64,000 nt of DNA from contig CAVWTK010000004.1 of the NCBI GenBank assembly GCA_963757755.1, positions 445,783-509,782 of the forward strand, given 5' to 3'. This stretch comes from an uncultured bacterium (GTDB lineage Bacteria > Desulfobacterota > Binatia > HRBIN30 > CADEER01). The number at the start of each line of letters is the position of its first letter. Within the stretch, counting starts at the first letter, position 1. The position numbers were made by a program, and so were the translations under genes. This document shows, piece after piece, positions 63,950 to 64,000 of this stretch. The notes under the pieces are model-generated. The model saw only the letters and a list, made by a program, of their open reading frames with translations. It was not told where the DNA came from and did not search any database.

Positions 63950-64000
63950 CGGGAAATCAACGACTAACGCCCCCTGCGTGCGTCCAATCGGGGCCACTGT

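Noticed and set aside
62225-63997. 590-aa minus-strand ORF
   Set aside because: It is antisense to the FAD-binding oxidoreductase gene, which has clear family motifs.

Overview
This is a GC-rich bacterial chromosomal segment with about 51 protein-coding genes. I found no rRNA, tRNA, CRISPR array, transposase or integrase. The lineage cannot be determined from the sequence alone.

Recognisable content, in order along the window:
- lysA 3' end, an OPT transporter, an EamA transporter, a DmpA/S58 peptidase and an alpha/beta hydrolase.
- Two Hsp20 genes and a heavily frame-disrupted aceE, followed by a GNAT acetyltransferase.
- A complete 8-gene MoxR-DUF58-VWA/TPR 'Bat' operon on the minus strand (10079-18749).
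- An hsp20-lon operon, a tandem-GFA protein, and an otsA/otsB fusion next to a GH15 gene remnant.
- lrp-gltB-gltD, a ROK kinase, two beta-lactamase-family hydrolases, SDR, LLM and FMN-reductase oxidoreductases, and an MddA-like membrane methyltransferase.

Things worth a second look:
1. A three-gene module of a DUF2760-like membrane protein plus two tandem paralogous atypical Hsp70-like ATPases (54323-59627). It has no DnaJ/GrpE partner in the window.
2. Five composite hairpin elements whose arms are built from tandem 7-10-mers. All sit in spacers between co-directional genes of apparent operons, and all have the same orientation on the + strand. One is a perfect 29-bp inverted repeat between the two Hsp70 paralogs.
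3. A two-copy dispersed structured element of about 95 nt with a compensatory base-pair change between copies.
4. A set of six secreted proteins with Thr/Pro linkers. Two are paralogs sharing a 10-Cys 'MCCVC' domain, and three carry a dockerin-like double repeat at either terminus.
5. Strongly clustered frameshifts in aceE, the bat genes, the gltB 5' end, a DapB-like gene, the OPT gene and one Hsp70-like gene. These are either local assembly error or gene decay.

Most very long ORFs in the six-frame track are antisense or out-of-frame shadows of real genes, which is typical of high-GC DNA.
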